61,693 bases of DNA, taken from positions 1 to 61,693 of the forward strand of contig DATAYB010000364.1 in assembly GCA_036272795.1 (NCBI GenBank), in the 5' to 3' direction. The position numbers and the translations under genes were made by a program. Below are positions 38,901 through 57,689 of the stretch, one piece after another. Below the pieces are notes generated by a model. That model was not told where the DNA came from and ran no database searches. It was given only the letters and a program-made list of their open reading frames with translations. This stretch comes from Pseudonocardia sp. GTDB lineage: Bacteria; Actinomycetota; Actinomycetes; Mycobacteriales; Pseudonocardiaceae. Every line of letters begins with the position of its first letter. Position 1 is the stretch's first letter.

Positions 38901-41900
38901 GGCTGATCAAGATGGTCAAGGCCCTCGAGCACGAGCGGCTGCCCCGGACCCTGCACGTCGGTACGCGCACCCGGCACGTCGACTGGTCCGTCGGCGCGGT
39001 CGAGCTGCTCACCGAGCCGGTCGAGTGGCCGCGCGGCGAGCGGATCCGCCGTGCCGGGGTGTCGGCGTTCGGAATCAGTGGGACCAACGCGCACATCGTG
39101 CTCGAGCAGGCCCCCGACCAGGTCGAGGCCGTGCCGGGGGCGCCGGAGGCCACCCCGTCGGTGCTGCCGTGGCTGGTCTCCGGGCGCGACGCCGATGCGC
39201 TGCGGATCACCTCGGCCCGCCTCGCCGACCGTGTCGCAGGGGCCGAGCCCGGGGAGAGCGCGGCCACCCTGGCGGCCGGTGCCGCCCGGTGCCGGGACGC
39301 CTTCGAGCACCGGGCGGTCGTGCTGGCCGCCGGACCTGCCGCCACCGTGGCGGGCCTGCGGGCGATCGCCGACACCGGTGCCGAGCCGGCCACGGACGAC
39401 GTATCGGGCGCGGAGGTCCTTCGCGGGCCGGCGGCCGGGATCCTGCCCGGGACGACGGGCCTGCTGCTCGGGGGCGAGGACACCTGGTGCCCTCGGGCGC
39501 TCGGGGCGGCCGCCGCCTCCGACGCCTTCGGGGACGCCCTCGAAGACGCCTGCGCGCACGTCGACCTGCACCTCGGGCGCGACCGCGCGTTGCTCGACGT
39601 GATGGCCGACTCCGGGCCCGGCTCCGGGCCCGACGCTGTGGGCCCGCTCGCGGAGCCGAGGTGGGCCGGGCCCGCCCGGTTCGCCGTGCACGTCGCCGCC
39701 GGGCGCCTCGCCGCCTCGTGGGGCCTGGAGCCCGAGGTGATCGTCGGGCACGGCGTCGGGGAGGTCGCGGCCGCGCACCTGGCGGGCGCACTCTCGCTCG
39801 AGGACGCCGCCCGGCTGACCGCCGCACTGGCCGAGGAGCCTGCTGAAGGGGGCACCGAGCGGCTCGGCGAGGCACTCGCCGCGCTGGACTGGCAGCCCCC
39901 TCGGGTCGTCGTCGTGTCCACCCGCACCGGCGCCGAGGTCGACTCCCGGGCCTGGACCGACGCGGCGCACTGGACGGACGCGGCGCACTGGACCGGCCCG
40001 GCCGGTACTCCGGTGACCGACGCGCTCGAGCACGCCGCCCGCGAGCTCGACGTGACCCGGTGGCTGGCCGTCGGCGCCGACCCGGCCGCCGACGACAAGA
40101 CCGTGGTCGCCGACCTCGGCGCCGCCCTCGCCGAGGACACCGAGGGCGCCGCCCGGCTGGCGGTGCACCGTGCCGCTGCCGTGCTGTGGACCGCGGGCGC
40201 CGCCCTCCCGGCCTGGCTGCCCGCGCCCGCCCGGGTGCCGGACGGCCTGCCGACCACCCCGTTCCGGCACGTCAACTTCTGGCCGGCACCCGCGATGGCC
40301 GAGGACACCGGCCCCGTGCTGTGGTCGGTGGGTGCCCGCGACAGCGCCGCGCTGGCCAACCGGGCCCAGCAGTTGCTCGCCGGCCCGGCGGGCGACCAGG
40401 CCACCGACCCGGTCGAGGTCGCCCGCACCCTCGCGGCCACCCGCGCGGGCGCGCGCCGAGCGGTCATCGTCGGCCGGGACCGCGAGGAGCTGTCCGCCGG
40501 GCTCGTCGCGCTGGCCCGGGGCGAGCAGCACCCGGCCCTGGTCACCTCGGCCGCCGCGCCGGGCCCGCTGGCCTTCGTCTTCTCCGGGCAGGGTGCCCAG
40601 CGCCCCGGGATGGGTGCGCGACTGCTCGCGACGCAGCCGGCCTACGCGGAGGCGTTCGAGCGGGTCTGCGCCGCCCTCGACCCGCACCTGCCGGGTCCGC
40701 TGCGCCCCGTGGTCCTCGGTGAGGCCGACCCCGAGCTGGTGCACCGCACCGACTGGACCCAGCCGGCGCTGTTCGCCGTCGAGGTGGCGCTCGCCGCGCT
40801 GGTCGGCTCCTGGGGGGTACGCCCGGACCTGGTGCTCGGGCACTCGATCGGCGGGCTCGTCGCGGCCCACGTCGCCGGTGTGATCGACCTCGCCGACGCC
40901 GCCCGCCTGGTCGTCGCCCGGGGCGCGCTGATGGCCGAGATGCCGGCCGGCGGCGCGATGGCCGCGCTGGAGGCGAGCGAGGCGGAGGTCCGGGAGGAGC
41001 TCGACCGCCTCGGTGAGCGCGAGGGCACCGTCGGGCTCGGCGCCATCAACGGACCGACCTCGGTGGTGGTCTCCGGGGACGCGGGCGCGGTGGACGCGAT
41101 CGTCGCCCGGTTCGCCGCCCGGGGCCGCAGGACTAGGGGTTTGCGGGTCAGCCATGCATTTCACTCGGTACACATGGACGGCATGCGGGAGCGCTTCGCC
41201 GAGGTCGCCGCTTCGGTCGACCTCGCCGAGCCGCGCCTGCCGGTGGTCTCCGACCTCACCGGGAGCCTCGCTTCGACCGAGCTGGTCGACCCCGCCTACT
41301 GGGTGAACCAGGTGCGCGAGCCGGTCCGCTTCGGGGACGGGGTGCGCGCGCTGCTGGACGCCGGGGCGAGCACGATCCTGGAGATCGGCCCGGACGCGTC
41401 GCTGACCCCGCTGGTCGCCGAGGTCGCCGGCCCGGACGCGGCGGTGCCGCTGCTGCGCCGCGACGACGAGCTCGGCGCGCTGGCCCGCGCTACGGCGACC
41501 CTGCACGTGCGCGGGGTCCTGCCCTCGCTGGCGCCGCTGTACCCGGGCGGGCGGCCGGAGCAGGCCGGGGCGAGCGTCGACGCGACGACCGCGCGGTGGG
41601 ACGAGGCATTCTGGGAGGCGGTGCGCGGTGACGACCTGGCCGCGCTGCTGCCCTCCGACCTGGACGGCGGAATGGCCACGCGGCTGGCCGAGGGACTTGC
41701 CCCGCTGGCCGCGCGCCGCGACCGCGCGGTCCGCGACGCCGCGCGCGACTCGTGGCGCTACGCCGAGCGCTGGGTGCCGGTGGCCACTCCGGCCGCGCCC
41801 GCGACCGGAGCGTCGACCGGGCCGTGGAGCGTGCTCTCCACACCTGGCTCCGGCGGGTTCGGCGAGGCACTCACCGACGCACTGCGCCACGCCGGGGCCG

Positions 41901-43960
41901 AGGTCACCGAGGGCGCGCTCGACCCGGGGGTCGACCCCGACCTCGGCGGCGCGGCCTGCCCGGTGATCGCCGTGGTCGGCGCGCCCGCCGGTGCGGATCT
42001 CGGGGCCGCCGCGACCGGTGCCTCGGCGAGCGTCGCCGCGCTCGTGCGCACGGCAGCCGAGGCGGGTGCCGGCCCGGTGTGGGTGGTGACCCGAGGCGCG
42101 GTGAGCGTGCCGGGCGACCCGGCGGCCACGGCCGGCGAGGCCGGCCCCGGAGCGGCGGTGTGGGGCCTTGGCCGGGTCGCGGCCATGGAGCACCCCGACG
42201 TATGGGGTGGGCTGATCGACCTGCCGGCACGCGAGGACGGCGACACCACCGAGGCCAGCGACTCACTTGCCCAACGGGTGGTCGCCCTCGCGGCGGCGCG
42301 CTCCGGAGGCGCGGGGCGGTCAACGGGGTCGGCGGCGAGCGAGGACCAGCTGGCCCTGCGCGCGGGCGGGGTCCTCGCCCGCCGGCTGCACCGGATCCCG
42401 GCGGCGACCTCGCCCGGCGACCCGGCGGCCCCCGCCGACCTCGGCGAGCGTCTCGGCGGCCCGGTGCTGGTGACCGGCGGTACCGGGGCGCTCGGGCGGC
42501 GCGTCGCGCGCCGCCTGGCGCAGCGCGGGGCCCGCCACCTGCTGCTGGTCTCCCGCTCAGGTGGGGGCGAGGACACCCGGACCCTGGTCGAAGAGCTACG
42601 GGCCGGTGGTACCAGGGTCGATGTGCCCGAGGTCGACATCGCCGACCCGTCGGCACTGCGGACCCTGCTCGACGGGCTCGACGGCCCGCTCGGGCTGGTG
42701 GTGCACGCCGCCGGGGTCCTCGACGACGGGGCCCTGAGCAGCCTGGACCCGGAGCGCATCGCCCGGGTGGTCGGCCCGAAGGCGGCGCTGGCCGCACTCG
42801 ACGCCGCGACCCGGCCGGCCTCGGGGCCCGGTCCCGCGCTGGTGGCCTTCACCTCGTGGTCCGGCGTGGTCGGCAGCCCGGGCCAGGCCAACTACGCGGC
42901 CGCGAACGCCCTCACCGACGCGGTCGTGCGGGCGCGGCGCGCGGCGGGGTACCGGGCGTGCGCGCTGGCCTGGGGTCCGTGGGCCGGCGGCGGCATGGCC
43001 TCGCCCGGCGCGGACGCGGATGCCGCCGGGTCACGCAGTGGGATCGCCGCCCTCGACCCGGACCGGGCGCTCGAGGTCCTCGACGGGGTCCTCGACCGGA
43101 TGCTGGCCTCCGACAGGGGCACCGAGATCGACGCGGGAGCCGACACCGCCGAGGACGACGCGGTGGTGCTGGTCGCCGACGTGGACTGGGACCGGCTCGC
43201 GGCCGGGGTGGCGGCGATGCGCCCGGCCCCGCTGTTGGCCGACCTGAGCGATGCCGCGCTGCCAGCGGTCGCCGAGCCGACGACGCCCGCACTGCGCACG
43301 ACGCTGGCCGGGATGCGTGCAGCCGACCGGGAGGAGTACCTGGTGACCGAGGTACGCCGGGTCGTCGGCCAGGTACTCGGGCACGAGGGACACCAATCGC
43401 TGGACGCCGTGCCGGCGGCCAGGGCCTTCCGTGACCTCGGCCTGGACTCCCTGATGGCCATCGACCTGCGCAACCGCCTCGCGACGGCGACCGGGCTGGC
43501 GCTGCCGCCGGCCCTGCTGTTCGACCACCCGACGGCGACCGCGCTCGGTGCCCACCTCGCGGAGGAGCTGGCGGCCAGCCTCGACCGGGACGCCGGCGCG
43601 GACGGGGGCGCAGTACCCGTTCGCGGTGGGCGACGCTCGGTCCTCGATGAGCTCGACCGGCTCGAGGCGCTGCTCGCGGGCGCCCGGGCCAGCGGCTCGG
43701 ATCGACAGCGCATCGCCGAGCGCCTCGGCGATCTCGCGGCGTCCTGGGCCCCGGCCGGCCCGGGTGCCGGCAACGGCGCCGCCAGCAACGGCACCGCCGC
43801 GAACAACGGCAGCGGCACCGGCAACGGGCAGGCGAACGGCAACGGTCACGGCTCGGCCGGTGGTCACGCCGCCTCCGATGGCGACCCCGCCGACCTGGGG
43901 CTCGCGGACGCGGACGCCGACGCGGTCTTCGCGTTCATCGACAACGACCTCGGCCTTTGA
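32948..43960 (+). CDS. PKS-3: docking / KS-AT(IASH)-KR(A1)-ACP / KS-AT(inactive)-AT(malonyl)-KR(B1)-ACP / docking
   Basis: ATGA overlap with the upstream stop and GAGGAG RBS at 32934-32939; TLEYLKRLTAELR docking; AT GHSAG/IASH; KR GTWGAGSQFAYAAAN; dead AT GHGVG 39746-39760; second AT GHSIG/HAFH; KR LDD; C-terminus ADAVFAFIDNDLGL. Confidence 0.96.
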   Translation: MSSHDPATAHPTGAAGGQDQRTLEYLKRLTAELRSTRRELAAVRERAHEPIAVIGAGCRYPGGVQSPEDLWELVDTGVDAIGPFPADRGWPVGDAINGGFVRDAGDFDAGFFAMGPREALATDPQQRLVLATAWEALERAGIDPATLRGSDSAVFIGAGAQSGYGIGVGELPEGVDGHLMVGAAGSVISGRIAYHLGWQGPLATIDTACSSSLIAMHLAVQSLRRGESSLALAGGVAVIATPTPFAQQADQALAADGRCKAFSDDADGTTWSEGAGVVLLERLSDARRNGRRILGLIRGTAINADGASNGLTAPNGPSQQRVIRAALADARLGPSDVDAVEAHGTGTSLGDPIEAQAIIATYGQDRDGTGPVRLGSLKSNVGHTQAAAGVGGVLKMLGAMRHGQLPRTLHADTPSTRVDWTDGEVELINKPAAWPDAPPAEDGTPRPRRAAVSSFGISGSNAHVIVEQSLEPEQVTLFDGSGDQSDDRATAGIEGPLVWPLSARGAAALAGQARRLAEYVEAHPDVDPAAVARALVTTRSTFEQRAVIVADDVAGLLAGTRALAAGEDPPEGVDVVTGSILRGRTAMLFAGQGGQHLGMGRALASASPVMAAALDEAIAALDEHLPRSLREVLYAEPGSEDADLLHQTFWTQPAMFAVQVATYRLWESLGVVPQAVVGHSAGLVAAAHVAGLLSLADAAKVAAARGRLMAELPPGGAMMAISLGEQDVLADAEGTSIEMASVNGPNSVVVSGDVEDVEALAARYAERGVRHRVLRISIASHCVRMEPAVPGFRDTLASCSFSAPRIPIISDRTGKAATFAELSDPDYWGAHLRHTVRFGDAIATARTRGIVRFVEVGALDALAAAARTVAEADGRPVAAINGFRRDEDEVRATVLAVARLHVAGGAPSWTALLGRRGGGPRPDLPTYAFDLRRYWLTPDLAAIGAAAATPSGAVPAWEQRFWDDVERGDAEAVTGALTAVEADGTVVDAGAVAGVVPALGAWHRDRREADAVNQLRYAVTWRPATDLPDARPEGKWLVTDLRHRATAPEADPVVALLRERGLDVVTVAADDLAAPVGAEELPEPLATHRPAGVIALALPEDTGDVRNAVDPDVVGALAALAGVVRALTSAAADRASEARLFVLTRTAVTTGPRDPAPDLDLAALWGGGRALARERPGVWGGLVDLPTGGELDRRTAKRLLAVLSGAGDEDQVALRPSMAMVRRLIPSPAPDSGAGPSIWRPHGTLLITGGTGALGGAVARLAARRAVASGHDLHLVLLGRRGPKAPGAMELADELRATGTGDGTAAGRVSVTLVAADTADRDALAAVLADIDAGALPLTSIIHTAGSGDATPVDSADASTIAAALAAKVAGAGHLDDLTSDRDLDAFVLYSSISGTWGAGSQFAYAAANARLDALAQRRARAGRTATSMAWGPWGGAGMAAHAEAVDHLQQRGFRMLHDDLAHRALEQLIGEGAVSPVVADMDWARFLATYTLASPAPLFDELAPAVDAVTTSVPAAGADEPASDLARQVAEAGPARAGRVVLDAVRAAAAKVLGHAGSDAVDPDRAFGELGVDSISAIAMRDALSRPLGRPLPATTVFDHPTPRALAQYLLDEMLPAGAETAAGPVAAGTAVAEGPDTDPVVIVSMACRYPSADDPEGLWRLVDEGIDAMGPLPTDRGWDLRGLGDEVGGFRYDIAGFDAAFFGISPREALAMDPQQRQLLEVAWEAVERAGIAPSSLRGTRTGVFVGAGSSGYGTGAGSLLGEEFYGHMLTGTASSVLSGRIAYVLGTEGPAVTVDSACSSSLVALHFAMSALKAGECDMALVGGATVMATPFAFGAFSQQGGLAGDGRCKAFSDDADGAGWSEGTAVIAVERLSTARAAGHRVLAVIAGSAINSDGASNGLTAPNGPSQQRVIRAALADAGIVPDDIDAVEAHGTGTALGDPIEAQAVLAVYGAGRDPERPLRMGSIKSNIAHSQAAAGLSGLIKMVKALEHERLPRTLHVGTRTRHVDWSVGAVELLTEPVEWPRGERIRRAGVSAFGISGTNAHIVLEQAPDQVEAVPGAPEATPSVLPWLVSGRDADALRITSARLADRVAGAEPGESAATLAAGAARCRDAFEHRAVVLAAGPAATVAGLRAIADTGAEPATDDVSGAEVLRGPAAGILPGTTGLLLGGEDTWCPRALGAAAASDAFGDALEDACAHVDLHLGRDRALLDVMADSGPGSGPDAVGPLAEPRWAGPARFAVHVAAGRLAASWGLEPEVIVGHGVGEVAAAHLAGALSLEDAARLTAALAEEPAEGGTERLGEALAALDWQPPRVVVVSTRTGAEVDSRAWTDAAHWTDAAHWTGPAGTPVTDALEHAARELDVTRWLAVGADPAADDKTVVADLGAALAEDTEGAARLAVHRAAAVLWTAGAALPAWLPAPARVPDGLPTTPFRHVNFWPAPAMAEDTGPVLWSVGARDSAALANRAQQLLAGPAGDQATDPVEVARTLAATRAGARRAVIVGRDREELSAGLVALARGEQHPALVTSAAAPGPLAFVFSGQGAQRPGMGARLLATQPAYAEAFERVCAALDPHLPGPLRPVVLGEADPELVHRTDWTQPALFAVEVALAALVGSWGVRPDLVLGHSIGGLVAAHVAGVIDLADAARLVVARGALMAEMPAGGAMAALEASEAEVREELDRLGEREGTVGLGAINGPTSVVVSGDAGAVDAIVARFAARGRRTRGLRVSHAFHSVHMDGMRERFAEVAASVDLAEPRLPVVSDLTGSLASTELVDPAYWVNQVREPVRFGDGVRALLDAGASTILEIGPDASLTPLVAEVAGPDAAVPLLRRDDELGALARATATLHVRGVLPSLAPLYPGGRPEQAGASVDATTARWDEAFWEAVRGDDLAALLPSDLDGGMATRLAEGLAPLAARRDRAVRDAARDSWRYAERWVPVATPAAPATGASTGPWSVLSTPGSGGFGEALTDALRHAGAEVTEGALDPGVDPDLGGAACPVIAVVGAPAGADLGAAATGASASVAALVRTAAEAGAGPVWVVTRGAVSVPGDPAATAGEAGPGAAVWGLGRVAAMEHPDVWGGLIDLPAREDGDTTEASDSLAQRVVALAAARSGGAGRSTGSAASEDQLALRAGGVLARRLHRIPAATSPGDPAAPADLGERLGGPVLVTGGTGALGRRVARRLAQRGARHLLLVSRSGGGEDTRTLVEELRAGGTRVDVPEVDIADPSALRTLLDGLDGPLGLVVHAAGVLDDGALSSLDPERIARVVGPKAALAALDAATRPASGPGPALVAFTSWSGVVGSPGQANYAAANALTDAVVRARRAAGYRACALAWGPWAGGGMASPGADADAAGSRSGIAALDPDRALEVLDGVLDRMLASDRGTEIDAGADTAEDDAVVLVADVDWDRLAAGVAAMRPAPLLADLSDAALPAVAEPTTPALRTTLAGMRAADREEYLVTEVRRVVGQVLGHEGHQSLDAVPAARAFRDLGLDSLMAIDLRNRLATATGLALPPALLFDHPTATALGAHLAEELAASLDRDAGADGGAVPVRGGRRSVLDELDRLEALLAGARASGSDRQRIAERLGDLAASWAPAGPGAGNGAASNGTAANNGSGTGNGQANGNGHGSAGGHAASDGDPADLGLADADADAVFAFIDNDLGL
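39952..39995 (+). repeat. 18-bp tandem duplication (WTDAAH x2) inside the inactive AT
   Basis: CTGGACCGACGCGGCGCA / CTGGACGGACGCGGCGCA / CTGGACCG. Confidence 0.9.
43770..43860 (+). repeat. Low-complexity Asn-Gly linker in the PKS-3 C-terminal docking region
   Basis: GNGAASNGTAANNGSGTGNGQANGNGHG. Confidence 0.75.
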
Positions 43961-44013
43961 CCCCGCCGTCCGGAGCCCGACCACTCTCACCAGCGCCTCG
44001 CGGAGGGACAGCA

Positions 44014-55221
<11,208 letters not shown>

Positions 55222-55249
55222 CCAGACGACGGAACCACTAGGAGCGATC

Positions 55250-56509
55250 GTGCGCGTGCTGTTCGTGAGCCTGCCCGAGAAGTCCCACCTGTACTGCATG
55301 GTGCCGCTCGCGTGGGCGATGACGGCGGCCGGGCACGAGGTTCGGGTCGCCGCTCCGCCCTCCTTCGTGCCCGCCGTGGTGGGCGCCGGTCTGACCGCCG
55401 TGCCGCTGGGCTCGGACGGGGTCATCCACGAGCTCGCGAAGCAGGCGCCGGACTCGCAGGACTACCCGACCTCGAACTGGAGTCGCTGCGAGCCGGGTGA
55501 GATCACCTGGGAGGAGGTCCACGAGCGGTACGCACTGAGCGTCCCGTACGGCTTCGCGCCCTACAACGACCACCTTCTCGACGACCTCGTTGCGCTGGCC
55601 CGCGAGTGGCGCCCTGACCTCGTCGTGCGCGACCCGCTCGCCTTCGCGGCGGGGGTGGCGGCGCACGTCGTCGGTGCCCGTCAGGTCCGGCTGCTGTGGT
55701 CGCTGGACGTGTGGGGCCGGACCCGCCACACGTTCCACCAGCTGCGCGCGGAGGACCCCGGGGCACGCACCGAGGACCCGCTCCGGGACTGGCTGGCGGC
55801 GAGCGTGGCCCGCTACGGCGCGGACTTCGACGAGGTGCTCGTGGACGGTCATGCCACGGTCGACACCATGCCCCCTTCGCTGCGCCTGCCGAGCGACGTG
55901 CCGACGATCCCGATGCGGTTCGTGGCCCACAACGGGCCGGCCCAGGTGCCCGAGTGGGTGCGCCGGGACCCCACGCGCCCCCGGATCTGCCTCACCCTCG
56001 GCACCTCCAACGTGGAGGGCTACGGGGTCGACTACGTCTCGGTGCCCTCCGTGCTGGCCGCGCTGGCCGACCTCGATGTCGAGGTGGTTGCCGCGCTCGT
56101 GCCCGCCCAGCAGGAGACCGTGCGCGCCGCCGGCCCGCTGCCCGGCAACGCGCGGCTGATCGACCCCATCGCACTGCACGTCCTGCTGCCCACGTGCGCG
56201 GCGATCGTGCACCACGGTGGCTACGGGTCGTTCGCGACCGCGCTCGCGGCCGGGGTCCCGCAGCTGGCGATCTCGACGTCCATCTCCGACCACGAGCGGC
56301 GCGGGCGAGCGCTGGAGCGTGCGGGAGCGGGGCGGTTCCTGCACCACCGTGCGGCGACCCCGGCCGACGTCCGGGCCGCGGTCGCGGAGCTGGTCACGCG
56401 GCCGGTCACCGAGGCGGCCTCGGGCCTGGCCGCCGACGTCGCCGCGATGGCGCCGCCCTCGGCGGTCGTCGCCCAGCTGGGTGATCATCGCCTGGCCGCT
56501 CTTGTATGA
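55250..56509 (+). CDS. Activator-dependent family glycosyltransferase (EryCIII/DesVII-like GT1, deoxysugar transferase)
   Basis: AGGAG RBS at 55240-55244 and GTG start; MRVLF..SHLYCMVPLAWAMTAAGHEVRVA, WRPDLVV, RPRICLTLGTS, LLPTCAAIVHHGGYGSFATALAAGVPQL. Confidence 0.92.
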   Translation: MRVLFVSLPEKSHLYCMVPLAWAMTAAGHEVRVAAPPSFVPAVVGAGLTAVPLGSDGVIHELAKQAPDSQDYPTSNWSRCEPGEITWEEVHERYALSVPYGFAPYNDHLLDDLVALAREWRPDLVVRDPLAFAAGVAAHVVGARQVRLLWSLDVWGRTRHTFHQLRAEDPGARTEDPLRDWLAASVARYGADFDEVLVDGHATVDTMPPSLRLPSDVPTIPMRFVAHNGPAQVPEWVRRDPTRPRICLTLGTSNVEGYGVDYVSVPSVLAALADLDVEVVAALVPAQQETVRAAGPLPGNARLIDPIALHVLLPTCAAIVHHGGYGSFATALAAGVPQLAISTSISDHERRGRALERAGAGRFLHHRAATPADVRAAVAELVTRPVTEAASGLAADVAAMAPPSAVVAQLGDHRLAALV

Positions 56510-56511
56510 CC

Positions 56512-56563
56512 GTGCAAATATCAGGTCGGTCGTGCTAATCTCAGCTTATTCGTACAGACAAGC
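56512..56563 (+). promoter_or_regulatory. Putative tetR promoter (GTGCAA-N18-TAATCT) with an imperfect palindromic operator just downstream
   Basis: AT-rich 74-bp gap. GTGCAA 56512-56517; TGC-TAATCT with the hexamer at 56536-56541; GCTTATTCGTACAGACAAGC 56544-56563 is self-complementary at 14/20 positions, centred on GTAC. Confidence 0.55.
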
Positions 56564-56583
56564 ACCCACCTAAACGCCCCGCC

Positions 56584-57225
56584 GTGGCTGAGCGCCGCAC
56601 GTTCACCGAGACGGCGCGGCGCGACCAGATCGTGCGTGCCGCGATCGAGACGCTGGCCGAGCTCGGGTACGCCGGGACGTCCCTCGGCAAGATCGCGCGC
56701 ACGGCCGGCCTCAGCAGCGTCGGGATGATCTCGTACTACTTCACCGACAAGGCCGAGCTGATGGCCGAGGTCGCTTCGTCCGTGCTGGCGCACGCCGAGG
56801 AGGTCGTCGGCCCGGAGATCGTCCGGGCGCCCGACCCGGTGGCCAAGCTGCGGGCCTACATCGAGGCGTCACTGGCGTACATCGGTGAGCACCGCGCCGA
56901 GGCGGTGGCGCTGATCGAGCTCACCCGAGGCCCCGGCGCGACGCCGCTGATGGCCCAGGTCGACGCCGCGAGCGCCGAGGTCATCACCAGGCTTGTCGTC
57001 GGCGCCCAGGCCGTGCTGGGCGGCACCGAGCCGCTCGAGCCCCGGATCGTCGCCATGACGGTGCGCGGCGCGATCAACAACGCCGTGTGGCAGTCGCTGC
57101 ATCGCGGTCCCGACTCCGACTCGGCCGAGGACCTCGCCCGGGACGGCCGGCAGATCGCCGGCCTGATCGAGCGGTCGTTGCGGGCCGACCCACTTCCCGA
57201 AGGAGAACCCTGTGACCGCCCCTGA
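56584..57225 (+). CDS. TetR/AcrR family transcriptional regulator
   Basis: N-terminal HTH ARRDQIVRAAIETLAELGYAGTSLGKIARTAGLSSVGMISYYFTDKAEL; 213 aa. Confidence 0.93.
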   Translation: MAERRTFTETARRDQIVRAAIETLAELGYAGTSLGKIARTAGLSSVGMISYYFTDKAELMAEVASSVLAHAEEVVGPEIVRAPDPVAKLRAYIEASLAYIGEHRAEAVALIELTRGPGATPLMAQVDAASAEVITRLVVGAQAVLGGTEPLEPRIVAMTVRGAINNAVWQSLHRGPDSDSAEDLARDGRQIAGLIERSLRADPLPEGEPCDRP

Positions 57226-57685
57226 CCCGGACCACACCACCGACCCCGCCCACCCCGGGTGGCACGACTGGTTCGTGCGGCTGCGCGCGTGCACGATCAC
57301 CATCGCGGTGCTCTCGGCCATCCTGCTGGTGGGCGCCATCGCCACCGCCTCGACGCTGCCGGTGGCCGCGTGGAACCGGGTCGCCGCCGTCGTCCTGCTG
57401 TCGCTGTTCTACCTCTTCCTGGTCTTCCGGCTGGGGCGCGGCTCGTCGCGCGCGCTGCGGCGGCTGCACGTCACGGTGATCATCGGGATCGTCGGGGTGG
57501 CCCTGGTTGTCGTCCTACCCGGCCAGTACCCGTGGTGGATGCGCGCCGAGCAGGCCGTGCAGCTACTGCTCCTGCTGGCGATGGGGTACATCATCCGGCG
57601 CCCGGAGGTGCGGGCCGCGTTCCCGGGCTGGTCGGAGAGCGCAGTCGGGCGCCGTCGCCGCGCGCGCCGGTCCTCGCGGACCTGA
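57212..57685 (+). CDS. Small integral membrane protein (about 4 TM helices), function unknown
   Basis: 157 aa with four hydrophobic stretches and a basic C-terminal tail; GAAGGAG RBS-like sequence upstream; overlaps the tetR stop. Confidence 0.8.
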   Translation: MTAPDPDHTTDPAHPGWHDWFVRLRACTITIAVLSAILLVGAIATASTLPVAAWNRVAAVVLLSLFYLFLVFRLGRGSSRALRRLHVTVIIGIVGVALVVVLPGQYPWWMRAEQAVQLLLLLAMGYIIRRPEVRAAFPGWSESAVGRRRRARRSSRT

Positions 57686-57689
57686 CCCG

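Noticed and set aside
37135-39846. Long alternative-frame + strand ORFs rich in Arg/Pro/Gly (e.g. 903 aa here)
   Set aside because: Off-frame products of GC-biased coding sequence overlapping clear PKS domains
34376-42193. Very long minus-strand ORFs (2605 aa here; also 13704-20126, 1891-6159, 7341-10406, 46441-49554 and others)
   Set aside because: Antisense shadows of high-GC3 PKS genes; the translations are low-complexity R/G/A/P/H-rich with no domain motifs
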